Below, piece after piece: positions 1-10,439 of a stretch of DNA of 64,000 nucleotides. Position numbers and translations under genes: made by a program. Under the pieces are notes generated by a model. It was not told the DNA's origin, made no database searches, and saw only the letters and a list, made by a program, of their open reading frames with translations. Source of the DNA: an uncultured Chromatiaceae bacterium. Its GTDB lineage: Bacteria > Pseudomonadota > Gammaproteobacteria > Tenderiales > Tenderiaceae. Each line of letters starts with the position of its first letter. Positions within the stretch are counted from its first letter, which is position 1. The stretch covers positions 31,087 to 95,086 of the forward strand of contig CALZIO010000004.1 in NCBI GenBank assembly GCA_945787785.1, in the 5' to 3' direction.

Positions 1-321
<321 letters not shown>

Positions 322-323
322 CT

Positions 324-959
324 ATGGCAACCTCGCTTGACCGCTTACCCACACGTAAAGCACTTAGCAATATCGCCCAAGACTTCTACATGCGGGGCTG
401 GATGGCAGGCACGGCAGGCAATTTAAGCGCTATTTCAAATAAAAACCCGGATTGTTTCTGGATAACCTCCAGTGGATTACCTAAAGGCCACCTGGACACC
501 TATGATTTTATCCTGATCAACATTACATCAAATGAAGTCGCCCACAGATATAACGATGATGCCAACCCATCGGCAGAAACCAGTATTCACAAAGTGGTTT
601 ACCAGCTCTTCCCAGACACCAAGGCTTGTTTTCATGTCCACAGCGTGGATGCATGTATCGCTGCTAGTGGCATAGCTGCCAATGAGAATCACATGTCTTT
701 ACCCGCGTTGGAAATGCTCAAGGGATTAGATATCTTGCAACAGACCCCAGAAGTGAATCTGGCACTGTTTGATAATTTGCTTGACGTGAGTGAAATCGCC
801 GAACAGATTCAACAGCGCTTCCAATCAAACCCACCTGAAGTGCCCGCACTCATGATCCGAAACCACGGAATTACCGTGTGGGGCACATCGCTGCAACAAG
901 CCTATAATCGTGTTGAGATAATTGAATTTTTAATGAGTTACCTGGCGCGTCAAGCCTAG
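324..959 (+). CDS. mtnB: methylthioribulose-1-phosphate dehydratase (class II aldolase/adducin family)
   Basis: 211 aa. N-terminal RGWMAGTAGNLS motif and overall length and pattern are typical of MtnB in the methionine salvage pathway. Confidence 0.75.
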   Translation: MATSLDRLPTRKALSNIAQDFYMRGWMAGTAGNLSAISNKNPDCFWITSSGLPKGHLDTYDFILINITSNEVAHRYNDDANPSAETSIHKVVYQLFPDTKACFHVHSVDACIAASGIAANENHMSLPALEMLKGLDILQQTPEVNLALFDNLLDVSEIAEQIQQRFQSNPPEVPALMIRNHGITVWGTSLQQAYNRVEIIEFLMSYLARQA

Positions 960-961
960 AC

Positions 962-1189
962 TTATTTGGCCTTGGCACAAGGCGAAACCTGCGGCACACC
1001 CAACTTGGTCAAGATTGTGTCCATTAAACACCAGTTGCTCAAACCACTCTGAAACAGGTTGGCGCCGACAAAGACCGTAAACCAAAGCCAATTACTTGAA
1101 TGGAAAATTGGACTCGCTTCCACCCCCAAGGCTAATGACAAAAGAATAAATGTGCCTGCCATGGTGCGCGTTATGCGGGTAATGTTCAT
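962..1189 (-). CDS. small two-TM membrane protein, DUF2892 (YgaP C-terminal-like)
   Basis: 75 aa. Two hydrophobic helices and the FQSGLSNWC motif are characteristic of DUF2892. Confidence 0.55.
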   Translation of the reverse strand: MNITRITRTMAGTFILLSLALGVEASPIFHSSNWLWFTVFVGANLFQSGLSNWCLMDTILTKLGVPQVSPCAKAK

Positions 1190-1291
1190 ATCGAACCTCC
1201 TTGATCAATATTAGTGAAAGCTAATATTGTAGCCCGCCCGTTCCTATGTTACAAGTGAATTTTTCAACTTGTTACAAGCAACGGAAAGCCA

Positions 1292-2122
1292 ATGAGTTTT
1301 GAACTTGTAATACGTCTGATCGCATTTGCAGGGGTGTTTCTCATCATCGCCTATTGGGAAACCAGACGTCCGCGCCGACCTTTACAGCAAAGCAAGAAAA
1401 TACGCTGGCTCAACAATCTCGGCCTTGTTGTGCTCAACACCGTAATTCTGCGCCTGGTCTTTCCGGCTGCGGCAGTGGGCATGGCCTCCCTGGCCAGCGA
1501 GCATGGCTGGGGCATACTCAACCAAGTGTCGCTTGGCCCAGCTACGTCTTTGCTAATCAGTTTAGTTGTGCTGGATTTAATCATTTATTTGCAGCATGTG
1601 CTGTTTCATTCAATTCCCTTGTTCTGGCGCTTGCACATGGTCCATCACGCCGACATGGATTTCGATGTCACCACCGCGCTGCGTTTTCATCCGATTGAAA
1701 TACTGCTGTCTATGCTAATCAAATTCGCGGCCATCCTGGTGCTGGGGCCTTCAGTTATTGCCGTAATCATATTTGAGATTCTGCTTAATGCCAGCGCCAT
1801 GTTTAATCACGGCAATCTGCATCTGCCCAAATGGCTAGATTCCATGCTGCGCTTGCTAATCGTGACACCCGATATGCACCGCGTGCATCACTCTGTCATC
1901 AAACGTGAAACCAACAGCAACTATGGCTTTAATCTCTCTATTTGGGATCGTCTCTTTGGCACTTATCGAGCTCAGCCACAACAGGGACACGAAGGTATGA
2001 CCATAGGCCTGAATCAGTTTCGCGACAGCAAAAAACAATCTTTGCCCTGGCTGTTACTGCTACCCTTCGTCGGCAAGGTCAGTGAATACCCTATTAATCG
2101 AGACGAACAGGACCTCCAATAG
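1292..2122 (+). CDS. fatty acid hydroxylase / sterol desaturase family membrane protein
   Basis: 276 aa, multiple TM segments, and three histidine boxes: HVLFH, HMVHHAD, HRVHH. Confidence 0.8.
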   Translation: MSFELVIRLIAFAGVFLIIAYWETRRPRRPLQQSKKIRWLNNLGLVVLNTVILRLVFPAAAVGMASLASEHGWGILNQVSLGPATSLLISLVVLDLIIYLQHVLFHSIPLFWRLHMVHHADMDFDVTTALRFHPIEILLSMLIKFAAILVLGPSVIAVIIFEILLNASAMFNHGNLHLPKWLDSMLRLLIVTPDMHRVHHSVIKRETNSNYGFNLSIWDRLFGTYRAQPQQGHEGMTIGLNQFRDSKKQSLPWLLLLPFVGKVSEYPINRDEQDLQ

Positions 2123-2320
2123 TTGCCCACACATACCCTTACAGTTTATAAGACTATGAAAAATAAAATATTCTTCATACTTGACAGGCAATAGATAGGC
2201 GTGGCATAACTTTTCCACGGAACAGTTGTGTAGGTTGGGGATCTGACTCTATTAGCAATATGTTTTGGTGGTTTGGCGAGATTCTGTTGGAGGGGAAAAA
2301 GACGGTGTCACGCTTTATGA

Positions 2321-2343
2321 AACAGCAATATTGCTGTTTTTTA
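2321..2343 (+). terminator. intrinsic-terminator-like hairpin about 30 nt upstream of the cytochrome c start
   Basis: aacagcaa-ta-ttgctgtt perfect 8-bp stem (2321-2338) running into a T6 tract. Confidence 0.45.
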
Positions 2344-2371
2344 TAACTAATAAACTTGAGGGGAGAAACTC

Positions 2372-2701
2372 ATGAAAGCACGTTGGTTAAGTATTCCTGC
2401 AGCTGCAGTAATGATGATGAGCATGGGTCAAGCGAGTGCGGACGACCTGGATCTAGCGAAGAAAAGTGGCTGCCTGGCATGTCACAGCATTGAAAAGAAA
2501 GTTGTTGGTCCAGCCTGGAAAGATGTTGGAGCCAAATACAAAGGTGACGCCGCTGCGCGTGCATCCTTGATTGAAAAAGTCCAAAAAGGTGGCAAAGGCA
2601 ACTGGACAGCAGTGACTGGCGGCGTACCAATGCCTCCATACTCGCCACGTGTTGCTGACGCAGACATTGAAACACTGGTTGACTTTATCTTAGCGCTATA
2701 A
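2372..2701 (+). CDS. periplasmic class I c-type cytochrome (c-551/c-552-like)
   Basis: 109 aa. Signal peptide ending QASA, single haem motif CLACH, distal Met region GGVPMPP. GGGGAG Shine-Dalgarno upstream. Confidence 0.85.
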   Translation: MKARWLSIPAAAVMMMSMGQASADDLDLAKKSGCLACHSIEKKVVGPAWKDVGAKYKGDAAARASLIEKVQKGGKGNWTAVTGGVPMPPYSPRVADADIETLVDFILAL

Positions 2702-2723
2702 GTTAATCAGCTAAGTATTATTA

Positions 2724-2751
2724 AGCCAGCCCTTGTGGCTGGCTTTTTTTT
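2724..2751 (+). terminator. rho-independent terminator of the cytochrome c gene
   Basis: agccagcc-cttg-tggctggct hairpin followed by a T8 run. Confidence 0.8.
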
Positions 2752-2853
2752 GCCTGACAAACAAAGGCAAGTGTTAGAATTAGTACCTGTAAACGTCTAA
2801 AATCCAACGCTCACCAACCACAACGACCTTAACTATTCACATGAGGGTACGCC

Positions 2854-3666
2854 TTGACTTCACATAACACCATCCCTGTTGTCATGACCCTGTCTGGAAA
2901 TGATCCGACTGGGGGCGCCGGAATACAGGCTGATATCGAAGCCTTAGCCAGCATGGGCTGTCATGCTGCACCGGTAATTACCGCATTAACCATCCAGGAC
3001 ACTGGCGGCGTGTACAGGTTTGATCCCGTTGACCCTTCTGTAATCATTGAACAGGCCCGCGCTGTTTTGGAAGACATGCCGATTGCTGCTTTCAAGATCG
3101 GCATGGTCGGCAGCATGGAAAATGTGGAGAGCATCCATAGCATTTTAATTGATTATCCTAAGCTCCCGGTAGTGCTAGATCCGGTCCTGGCCGGAGGCGG
3201 TGGAGGCACGCTGGCTGATGATGATGTTATCGATGCCATCATCAGCATGTTGCTGCCGCAAACCACAGTTCTGACACCCAACAGCAACGAGGCACGGCTA
3301 CTGGCAGCCGAGGCCGACAGCCTTGATGCCTGCGCCCAGGAGCTGCTCGACATGGGCGCTGAGTTTGTCCTGATTACCGGCACTCATGAAAACACGCCAA
3401 CAGTGGAAAACCGCCTGTATGCAGAGCATCGCCGCCTTGAGACATTTACCTGGGAAAGATTGCCATCCACCTATCACGGTTCAGGCTGCACCCTCGCCTC
3501 GACCATCGCCGGTCTGCTAGCCCAGGGCCTGGAACCGTTCTCGGCAATTCATGAGGCACAGGAGTACACCTGGGAATCACTCAAACATGGCTACCGCATC
3601 GGCATGGGCCAGCACTTACCCAACCGCCTGTTCTGGGCACGCTCTGATGAAGAGGCAGAAGAGTGA
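2854..3666 (+). CDS. thiD: hydroxymethylpyrimidine/phosphomethylpyrimidine kinase
   Basis: 270 aa, TTG start. Shows GNDPTGGAGIQADI and PfkB-type C-terminal GSGCTLASTIA motifs. Confidence 0.9.
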   Translation: MTSHNTIPVVMTLSGNDPTGGAGIQADIEALASMGCHAAPVITALTIQDTGGVYRFDPVDPSVIIEQARAVLEDMPIAAFKIGMVGSMENVESIHSILIDYPKLPVVLDPVLAGGGGGTLADDDVIDAIISMLLPQTTVLTPNSNEARLLAAEADSLDACAQELLDMGAEFVLITGTHENTPTVENRLYAEHRRLETFTWERLPSTYHGSGCTLASTIAGLLAQGLEPFSAIHEAQEYTWESLKHGYRIGMGQHLPNRLFWARSDEEAEE

Positions 3667-4316
3667 TTTCCCGACTATCCGGCCTTTATGCCATTACCGA
3701 TTCACAGTTGTTACCTGGCGATAAATTATATGGCGGTGTGGCTGCGGCTATAGCTGGTGGCGCCCGAATCATCCAGTATCGTGACAAGAACAACGACCGG
3801 CAACAACGTCACCAAACAGCAAGGCAGTTGTTAACGCTGTGCCGGGAACAAGATATTCTTCTAATTATTAATGACGATGTGGCATTGGCTGCTGAAATCG
3901 GCGCCGATGGCGTCCACCTCGGCAAAGATGACACTGATCTTCACTTAGCCCGGCAGATGCTCGGCAAGGCGATCATTGGTGTCTCCTGCTACAATGACTG
4001 GCAACAGGCCGAAGTAGCCCATCAATCCGGAGCCGATTACATCGCCTTCGGTGCCTTTTATCCGTCAGCCACCAAACCAAATGCTGTTACAGCGGACAAA
4101 TCCCTGCTGCAGCGCGCTAAACAGGAATTAAATCTTCCCGTGGTGGCGATTGGTGGTATCACCACAAACAATGGTGCTGAACTAATTGAGGCCGGCGCGG
4201 ATATGCTGGCCGTGGTGCAGGGAGTATTTGCTCAAAAAGATATTCGCCAAGCAGCAACTGAGTACGCCCAACTATTTAATCAACAAAATATTATTAACGT
4301 GAAGGACGCAATATGA
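3663..4316 (+). CDS. thiE: thiamine-phosphate synthase
   Basis: 217 aa, GTG start overlapping the thiD stop (GTGA). LYAITD N-terminus, QYRDK and VAIGGI motifs. Confidence 0.9.
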   Translation: MISRLSGLYAITDSQLLPGDKLYGGVAAAIAGGARIIQYRDKNNDRQQRHQTARQLLTLCREQDILLIINDDVALAAEIGADGVHLGKDDTDLHLARQMLGKAIIGVSCYNDWQQAEVAHQSGADYIAFGAFYPSATKPNAVTADKSLLQRAKQELNLPVVAIGGITTNNGAELIEAGADMLAVVQGVFAQKDIRQAATEYAQLFNQQNIINVKDAI

Positions 4317-5593
4317 CCCGTTCGCATGAACTATTCGAAGCTGCACAAACCCATATACCAGGTGGCGTAAATTCACCCGTGCGCGCCTTTCGCGGCGTTG
4401 GCGGCGACCCCATCTTTTTCAAAAAAGGCGAAGGCGCCTACTTGTTCGACGAAGATGGCAAAAAATATATCGATTATGTTGCATCTTGGGGGCCAATGAT
4501 CCTCGGCCATGCTCATCCTAAAGTGTTGGCAGCGGTGCAAGAGACCATCAAGAACGGACTCAGTTTTGGCGCACCTACCGCGCTGGAAACCGCCATGGCC
4601 GACAAGGTCTGCGAGATCATGCCATCGATGGATATGATCCGCATGGTCAACTCAGGCACTGAGGCAACCATGAGCGCCATCCGTCTGGCGCGCGGCTTCA
4701 CCGGCCGTGACAAAATCATCAAGTTCGAAGGGTGTTATCACGGTCACGCCGACTCACTGCTGGTAAAGGCCGGTTCCGGCGCCCTGACCCTGGGTGTGCC
4801 TACCTCACCCGGCGTGCCGGTGGCCCTGGCCGAACACACCATCACGCTGAATTTTAATGACCTGGACCAGGTGCGTGAGACTTTCGCCCATGTCGGCGGC
4901 CAGGTCGCCTGCATCATCGTTGAGCCGGTGGCCGGCAACATGAACTGTGTACCACCCAAGGCCGGTTTCCTCGAAGGACTGCGCGAAATCTGTGATGAAT
5001 ATGAATCGGTACTGATTTTCGACGAAGTGATGACCGGCTTCCGTGTCGCCCTGGGTGGCGCCCAGGCCCACTACGGCATAAAGCCTGATCTGACCACACT
5101 GGGCAAGGTCATCGGCGGCGGCATGCCTGTGGGCGCCTTCGGCGGCAAACGCGAAATCATGGAGCAGATCGCCCCACTCGGCCCGATTTATCAGGCCGGC
5201 ACCCTGTCAGGTAATCCGGTCGCCATGGCAGCTGGCCTGGCCAACCTGGAAGAAATCTCTAAACCAGGCTTCTATGACGAACTCAACCGCCTCACTGAAA
5301 AATTGGCCAAGGGACTGGTGACGCGCGCCCAGGCCTTCAATATCCCCATGTGCGAGAACCATGTCGGTGCCATGTTTGGCATCTTCTTTTCCGACGAAGA
5401 GAAAATCGACAACTTCTATCAGGTCACCCAATGCGACATCGACCGCTTTAAGTTGTTCTATCATGGCATGTTGAACGAAGGCATCTATCTGGCACCGTCT
5501 GCTTATGAGGCAGGATTTGTCTCAGCGGCCCACACTGATCGTGACATCAAGGGCACCTTGGTCGCAGCCGAGAAGGTCTTTTCAAGCCTCTAA
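4313..5593 (+). CDS. hemL: glutamate-1-semialdehyde 2,1-aminomutase
   Basis: 426 aa. [13 protein letters not shown]-terminus and PLP-lysine region [20 protein letters not shown] overlap with thiE. Confidence 0.95.
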   Translation: MTRSHELFEAAQTHIPGGVNSPVRAFRGVGGDPIFFKKGEGAYLFDEDGKKYIDYVASWGPMILGHAHPKVLAAVQETIKNGLSFGAPTALETAMADKVCEIMPSMDMIRMVNSGTEATMSAIRLARGFTGRDKIIKFEGCYHGHADSLLVKAGSGALTLGVPTSPGVPVALAEHTITLNFNDLDQVRETFAHVGGQVACIIVEPVAGNMNCVPPKAGFLEGLREICDEYESVLIFDEVMTGFRVALGGAQAHYGIKPDLTTLGKVIGGGMPVGAFGGKREIMEQIAPLGPIYQAGTLSGNPVAMAAGLANLEEISKPGFYDELNRLTEKLAKGLVTRAQAFNIPMCENHVGAMFGIFFSDEEKIDNFYQVTQCDIDRFKLFYHGMLNEGIYLAPSAYEAGFVSAAHTDRDIKGTLVAAEKVFSSL

Positions 5594-5607
5594 ATGGAGA
5601 AAGCATC

Positions 5608-6648
5608 ATGGAATACCGCCGCCTCGGCCGCACTGACCTAAAGGTCAGCGCCCTCTGCCTCGGCACCATGACCTATGGTGAACAAAACAGCGAGACCGAC
5701 GCCCATCAACAACTTGATGCTGCGTTGGCCGCGGACATCAACTTCATCGACACTGCGGAGATGTACCCGGTACCACCCAAGGGTGATACCCAGGGACTGA
5801 CCGAGGCTCACATCGGCAGTTGGCTCAAGGCACGCGGCTGTCGCGACAAAGTAATTCTGGCCACCAAGGTCTCCGGACCCTCAGCCAGTTTTACCTACCT
5901 GCGCGGTGGCAAGCTCGGTTTCGATCGCAACAATATCGAGGCGGCGCTGGAACAAAGTCTCAAACGACTGCAAACCGATTATGTCGACTTGTATCAGCTG
6001 CACTGGCCGGAACGCAGCACCAATTTTTTCGGCCAGCTGGGTTATCAACACCACCCTGAGGAAATTTTCACTGCTTTCGAAGAGATTCTCACCGTACTGG
6101 GTGATCTGATTCAGGCGGGCAAGATTCGCCACATCGGGCTCTCCAATGAGTCGGCCTGGGGGGCGATGAAAGTTTTAAGCATTGCCGAAAAGCTGAACCT
6201 GCCGCGCATGGTCAGCATTCAAAATCCCTATAATCTACTGAACCGCAGTTTCGAAGTCGGACTGGCCGAAGTCGCCCAGCGCGAAGATGTCGGCCTGCTG
6301 GCCTATTCACCATTGGCGTTTGGGGTGCTGAGCGGCAAATACCTGGATGGTCCCTGGCCAACCGGCGCACGCCTGACCCTGTTTGACCGCTTCCAACGCT
6401 ACACTGGCGAACGCGGTGTTGCCGCCACCCGCGCCTATGTTGACCTGGCCCGTGAACATAGCCTGGAACCGGCTCAGATGGCACTGGCCTATGTCACCAG
6501 CCGGCCGTTCTTGACCAGCAACATCATTGGCGCCACTACCCTGGCGCAACTGCAACATAACATCGATAGTGAGAAACTGACTCTCTCTAACGAGCTACTA
6601 GAGGCCATCGAGAATATTCACCAAAAATATACCTACCCCTGCCCCTGA
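5608..6648 (+). CDS. aldo/keto reductase (Tas-like)
   Basis: 346 aa. Shows LGTMTYGEQ, FIDTAEMY, DLYQLHWP and GLSNESAWG motifs of the AKR family. Confidence 0.85.
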   Translation: MEYRRLGRTDLKVSALCLGTMTYGEQNSETDAHQQLDAALAADINFIDTAEMYPVPPKGDTQGLTEAHIGSWLKARGCRDKVILATKVSGPSASFTYLRGGKLGFDRNNIEAALEQSLKRLQTDYVDLYQLHWPERSTNFFGQLGYQHHPEEIFTAFEEILTVLGDLIQAGKIRHIGLSNESAWGAMKVLSIAEKLNLPRMVSIQNPYNLLNRSFEVGLAEVAQREDVGLLAYSPLAFGVLSGKYLDGPWPTGARLTLFDRFQRYTGERGVAATRAYVDLAREHSLEPAQMALAYVTSRPFLTSNIIGATTLAQLQHNIDSEKLTLSNELLEAIENIHQKYTYPCP

Positions 6649-6663
6649 GAACTCACCGGTTTT

Positions 6664-9423
6664 ATGCGATTCAACACTTCACTACATTCCCTGATGCTCG
6701 CCCTTGTTGGCGCGGGACTCTGCACCAGTGTGCAGGCGGTCGTCACCGTTGAACCCGCCACTGCCCCGGTTGGAAAGACCAATGAGCTAACACTGCGTTT
6801 TGATCATCCAGAGACGATTGATTCGGTCAGTCTGCAACCGGGCAGCCCCTATCTGGTCGAGCGGCTAGATCTCAACAGTGAGCACCCTACCTACCAAATT
6901 ATCCGCCGTCACAACGGAATCTATCTGCGTGATCGCGACAATAACGTCATCGCCGTTTTCGCCAATAAACGCGGCTCGGTGAGTAGCAAGCACTATGATT
7001 TTATTGCCGCCGCTGAAGCCGGTTTGCAAGTGTATAAAGAGCATGACTGGCGTCATAAAACCCCTGTGGTCAGCTACCGCAGTAGCACTCCGAGCCACGA
7101 TGTTGCAGTCAGCGATGGACTGGCGTTTGTTGCCAACGGTAACGGTGGTTTAACCGTGCTGGATATTGAAAATCCGGAGCAGCCTTTATGGTTAGGTAGT
7201 CATCAAAAATTAGGGTGTACAGTAAAAGTGTCCTCTGAAGCCCGTCGTGTTGCAGTTTTGAATGATGCCGGGATGATCTTTTTGATTGCTGCCACTAACC
7301 CGCTCGAACCAACCACCCTGAGCAGCTACCGCAGTGATGACACGCTTTTGGATATCGCATTACACGGTAATCTGCTGTTTGTACTCACTCCGGATGAGAT
7401 TCAGGTCATGGATTTCAGCGCTACCTCACCACAGCTGAGCAACGAGGGACTCGACTTTGGACAAGGGGTAAATCTGGGTGGCGAGCGGCGCGTCTATATC
7501 GACAATAATCTGGCTTATGTGGCCGACTGGTTTTCCGGAATTCACATCTATGACCTGAGTCGGCCGCGCCAACCTGAGCTGCTGTCGAGCTACCATACTC
7601 CGGGCTCACCCAAGGGCATCGTGGTGCGTGATGGGGTCGCTTTCGTTGCCGACGATGACCATGGCCTGCAGGTACTCGATGTCAGCAATCCACTCGAACC
7701 AACACTGGTTTCGACCCTACTGACCCAGGGCCTGGCCTACACCCCACGACTGGTCGGCGACCTGCTTTATCTGGCCAGCCATCGCGGCGGTTTTCAGATC
7801 ATTGATATCAGTGACGTGAGCTCACCCCGCTTGGTCAGTGAATATGACACCGACGGTAAGGCCTGGTCGATGGAGATTCACAACAATATTGCCTATGTCG
7901 CCGATGATGACAGCGGTCTGCTGATGTTCGATGTCAGTGATCCGACCCGGCCAGAATTGATCGGCCAACACTTTAACGGTGGCGCGGCCGAAGAGGTGGT
8001 GGTGCGTGACAACATTGCCTATGTTGCCTTTTTCGACGATGGCCTGCAGATCCTCGATGTCAGCGATCCTCGCCAACCACAGCTGATCACTCACCTGGCT
8101 CTACCCGGTAACGCCCGCGGCCTGGATCTGGTAGGTGACAAACTCTATGTTGCCGGCTGGCTGGCCGGGGTGCATATCGTCGATGTAAGCAACATCAAAC
8201 AACCGCAACTACTCGGCAGTCATGACACGCGTGGTGCAACCTGGGGCTTGAAGGTGGTCGACACCCATCTCTACGCCATGGACTGGTGGGGCGGTGTCAG
8301 CGTCATCGATATCAGTGAGCCAAACCGGCCAAGAGCTGTCGGCGGTTACCACAACCGCGGTCAAGTGCATGATATTTCCGCCTTGGATAACTACAGCTTT
8401 GTTGCGCATGGCAGTAACGGTCTGCAGGTATTTGATATAAAGAATCCGCTCAATCCTACCTGGACCACGGGCGTTAACTTCCCCGGGCAGGCACGACAAA
8501 TAGCACTGCAAGGTCAGCATGCCTATGTCGCCGCGGGTGACGGCGGCCTCGCCATCATTGATATTAGCAACCCCTTTTCGCCTCAATGGCTGGGTAGCAT
8601 TGATACCCGCGGTGAAGTAATGGCGGTTAACACAGATGCAAAACATACCTATCTGCTTGATAGCCGCGAAGGCTTGATTGCCTTGGACATCAGTCATGAA
8701 CCGCCACGCAAGCAGGCCCGTCTCAATATCAAGGCCAATGACCTGTGGCTCTATGATGAACAGCTCTATCTCGCCACTGATAATGGTGTCGAGGTCGTAC
8801 GTTTAAATAAAGACACGCAGTTCGAATTTCTTACTCGTTTTGATATCGCCAATGGTGCCCAACGCATCAGCGGCAATAACCGCCTGGTTTTCGTCAGTTC
8901 GGGCAAATCATTATTAAGCTTGAAACGTGGATTACAAATGGAAAAACTGGGCCACATTAACGTTGAAGGTCAGATTAGTGACATTGAGCCTCATGTAGAG
9001 GGGCTGTTGATCAGCACCTCTAACGCCTTGTATAACATAGACAATCGCCATGCCGACAAGCTAGAAATAAATACCCATTATCCCTTGCTGGCAAATAGCA
9101 GCAACATCACCTATCACCAGGGTGTTATCTATATCAGCGGTGAAGAGACCATCACAGCACTTCAACCGATGCCCGTATTAAAGCAACAAATACAAGGAAT
9201 GGATGAAATAACATTCAACCTGCCTGCATCACTGGGTATTGGCAGTTATAACCTCAAGGTCAGCTATAATGACGGGACAGATGAGCTTATCCGCAACGCG
9301 ATACAGATTGAGATGCCGAAATTCTCTAAACCCAAAATGAGTATGGAACAGTTCAAAAAGCTAATGCAGCAGCAACAAGGCAATAGCAATCTTTTCACCA
9401 AACCTGTCACACCAGAGCCATAA
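6664..9423 (+). CDS. secreted LVIVD-repeat beta-propeller protein with C-terminal IPT/TIG-like domain
   Basis: 919 aa. Signal peptide (..CTSVQA). At least 13 copies of a roughly 43-45 aa repeat ending in G(L/V)x(V/I)xD(V/I)SxPxxP (GLQVLDVSNPLEP, GLLMFDVSDPTRP, GLQILDVSDPRQP, GVSVIDISEPNRP and others). Confidence 0.7.
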   Translation: MRFNTSLHSLMLALVGAGLCTSVQAVVTVEPATAPVGKTNELTLRFDHPETIDSVSLQPGSPYLVERLDLNSEHPTYQIIRRHNGIYLRDRDNNVIAVFANKRGSVSSKHYDFIAAAEAGLQVYKEHDWRHKTPVVSYRSSTPSHDVAVSDGLAFVANGNGGLTVLDIENPEQPLWLGSHQKLGCTVKVSSEARRVAVLNDAGMIFLIAATNPLEPTTLSSYRSDDTLLDIALHGNLLFVLTPDEIQVMDFSATSPQLSNEGLDFGQGVNLGGERRVYIDNNLAYVADWFSGIHIYDLSRPRQPELLSSYHTPGSPKGIVVRDGVAFVADDDHGLQVLDVSNPLEPTLVSTLLTQGLAYTPRLVGDLLYLASHRGGFQIIDISDVSSPRLVSEYDTDGKAWSMEIHNNIAYVADDDSGLLMFDVSDPTRPELIGQHFNGGAAEEVVVRDNIAYVAFFDDGLQILDVSDPRQPQLITHLALPGNARGLDLVGDKLYVAGWLAGVHIVDVSNIKQPQLLGSHDTRGATWGLKVVDTHLYAMDWWGGVSVIDISEPNRPRAVGGYHNRGQVHDISALDNYSFVAHGSNGLQVFDIKNPLNPTWTTGVNFPGQARQIALQGQHAYVAAGDGGLAIIDISNPFSPQWLGSIDTRGEVMAVNTDAKHTYLLDSREGLIALDISHEPPRKQARLNIKANDLWLYDEQLYLATDNGVEVVRLNKDTQFEFLTRFDIANGAQRISGNNRLVFVSSGKSLLSLKRGLQMEKLGHINVEGQISDIEPHVEGLLISTSNALYNIDNRHADKLEINTHYPLLANSSNITYHQGVIYISGEETITALQPMPVLKQQIQGMDEITFNLPASLGIGSYNLKVSYNDGTDELIRNAIQIEMPKFSKPKMSMEQFKKLMQQQQGNSNLFTKPVTPEP

Positions 9424-9454
9424 TGTAGCAGTAGTAAATAAGGAAGTACGCCCG

Positions 9455-10327
9455 ATGTCTTTAAAGAAACTTATCCCCCTATTCAGCTTATTAGCCTTAC
9501 TTTTCAGCGCAATACCCAACCTGCTATTGGCGGCACCACGTGATGTCAGCCATTCGACCAATGCTGAGCTGCGCCTGGATTACCTAAATAAACTGCTTGA
9601 ATCACGCAGCGGTCAACGTCTTTCACAACATAACAACGGTAAAACCAAGGCTAAGGTGGAAAATATGCTGACGAAGGCTCAAGCCGCCATCGCAGCGGAC
9701 AATAACGAAAAAGCCAACAAACTTACCAAACAAGCAGTCAAAACATTCATGTCCGCGGTGCGTGATCTGCCTGAAGACCCGGAAGAACTGGAACGCAGTA
9801 AGAATCGTTATCAGGATTTACGCCGCGGCCTGGAAAAGTTTACCTACGCCCAAAAAGACAATAAAGAGCGTTTTGCCGCCGAAGAAAACAGTGCCAAGAA
9901 CTATAATCAGACACAGGTCAACAAACTGCTATCACAAGCCGATAAAAACGCGGCAGCGGGTAGTTATGATAAGGCCATCGCACAGTTAACCGAGGCCCAA
10001 ACAATAGTCACCAGCTCGTTGCAAGGCATGCTAAATGATAAGCAGCTGGTAATAGAACTTGATATCAGCACACCGGAAAAGGAATATTTTTACGAATTGC
10101 GCCGCTATCAGGGCTATGAAGAATTAATTGTCGTTGCAATTGAGGTAAAAAAACCAAGTGAAATGGCAGTTGAGACCATGCTTAAATTGGGTGAAAAAGC
10201 CAAATGGATGTCGGAGCAATCTCGCGACAAGGCAATGCAAGGTGAATACCCAGTGGCAATTCGCATGATCATGGATGCCACCAATACGGTAAAACAGTCG
10301 CTGCGTCTCGCAGGCGTAACCATGTGA
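9455..10327 (+). CDS. hypothetical secreted, predominantly helical protein
   Basis: 290 aa. N-terminal signal peptide (LLLAAP), Lys/Glu/Ala/Gln-rich helical composition, no recognisable motif. AAGGAAG Shine-Dalgarno upstream. Confidence 0.45.
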   Translation: MSLKKLIPLFSLLALLFSAIPNLLLAAPRDVSHSTNAELRLDYLNKLLESRSGQRLSQHNNGKTKAKVENMLTKAQAAIAADNNEKANKLTKQAVKTFMSAVRDLPEDPEELERSKNRYQDLRRGLEKFTYAQKDNKERFAAEENSAKNYNQTQVNKLLSQADKNAAAGSYDKAIAQLTEAQTIVTSSLQGMLNDKQLVIELDISTPEKEYFYELRRYQGYEELIVVAIEVKKPSEMAVETMLKLGEKAKWMSEQSRDKAMQGEYPVAIRMIMDATNTVKQSLRLAGVTM

Positions 10328-10439
10328 TGTAGTCATGAAAAAACACGATCTTTATTTTTGACTTGAGCAGACATCCCATTGAAATATGACTAGAATCATG
10401 GGACTGCACTCAGGCAAACAACTAGTCATACAAGGACGC

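Noticed and set aside
2752-2853. Looked for a TPP (THI-box) riboswitch upstream of thiD-thiE
   Set aside because: The roughly 100-nt leader lacks the conserved CUGAGA / ACCUGA-type THI-box elements and has no obvious stem architecture.
8209-8697. 162-aa ORF antisense to the LVIVD-repeat gene
   Set aside because: It is a shadow frame of a repetitive, GC-rich coding region, with no motif, signal or RBS.
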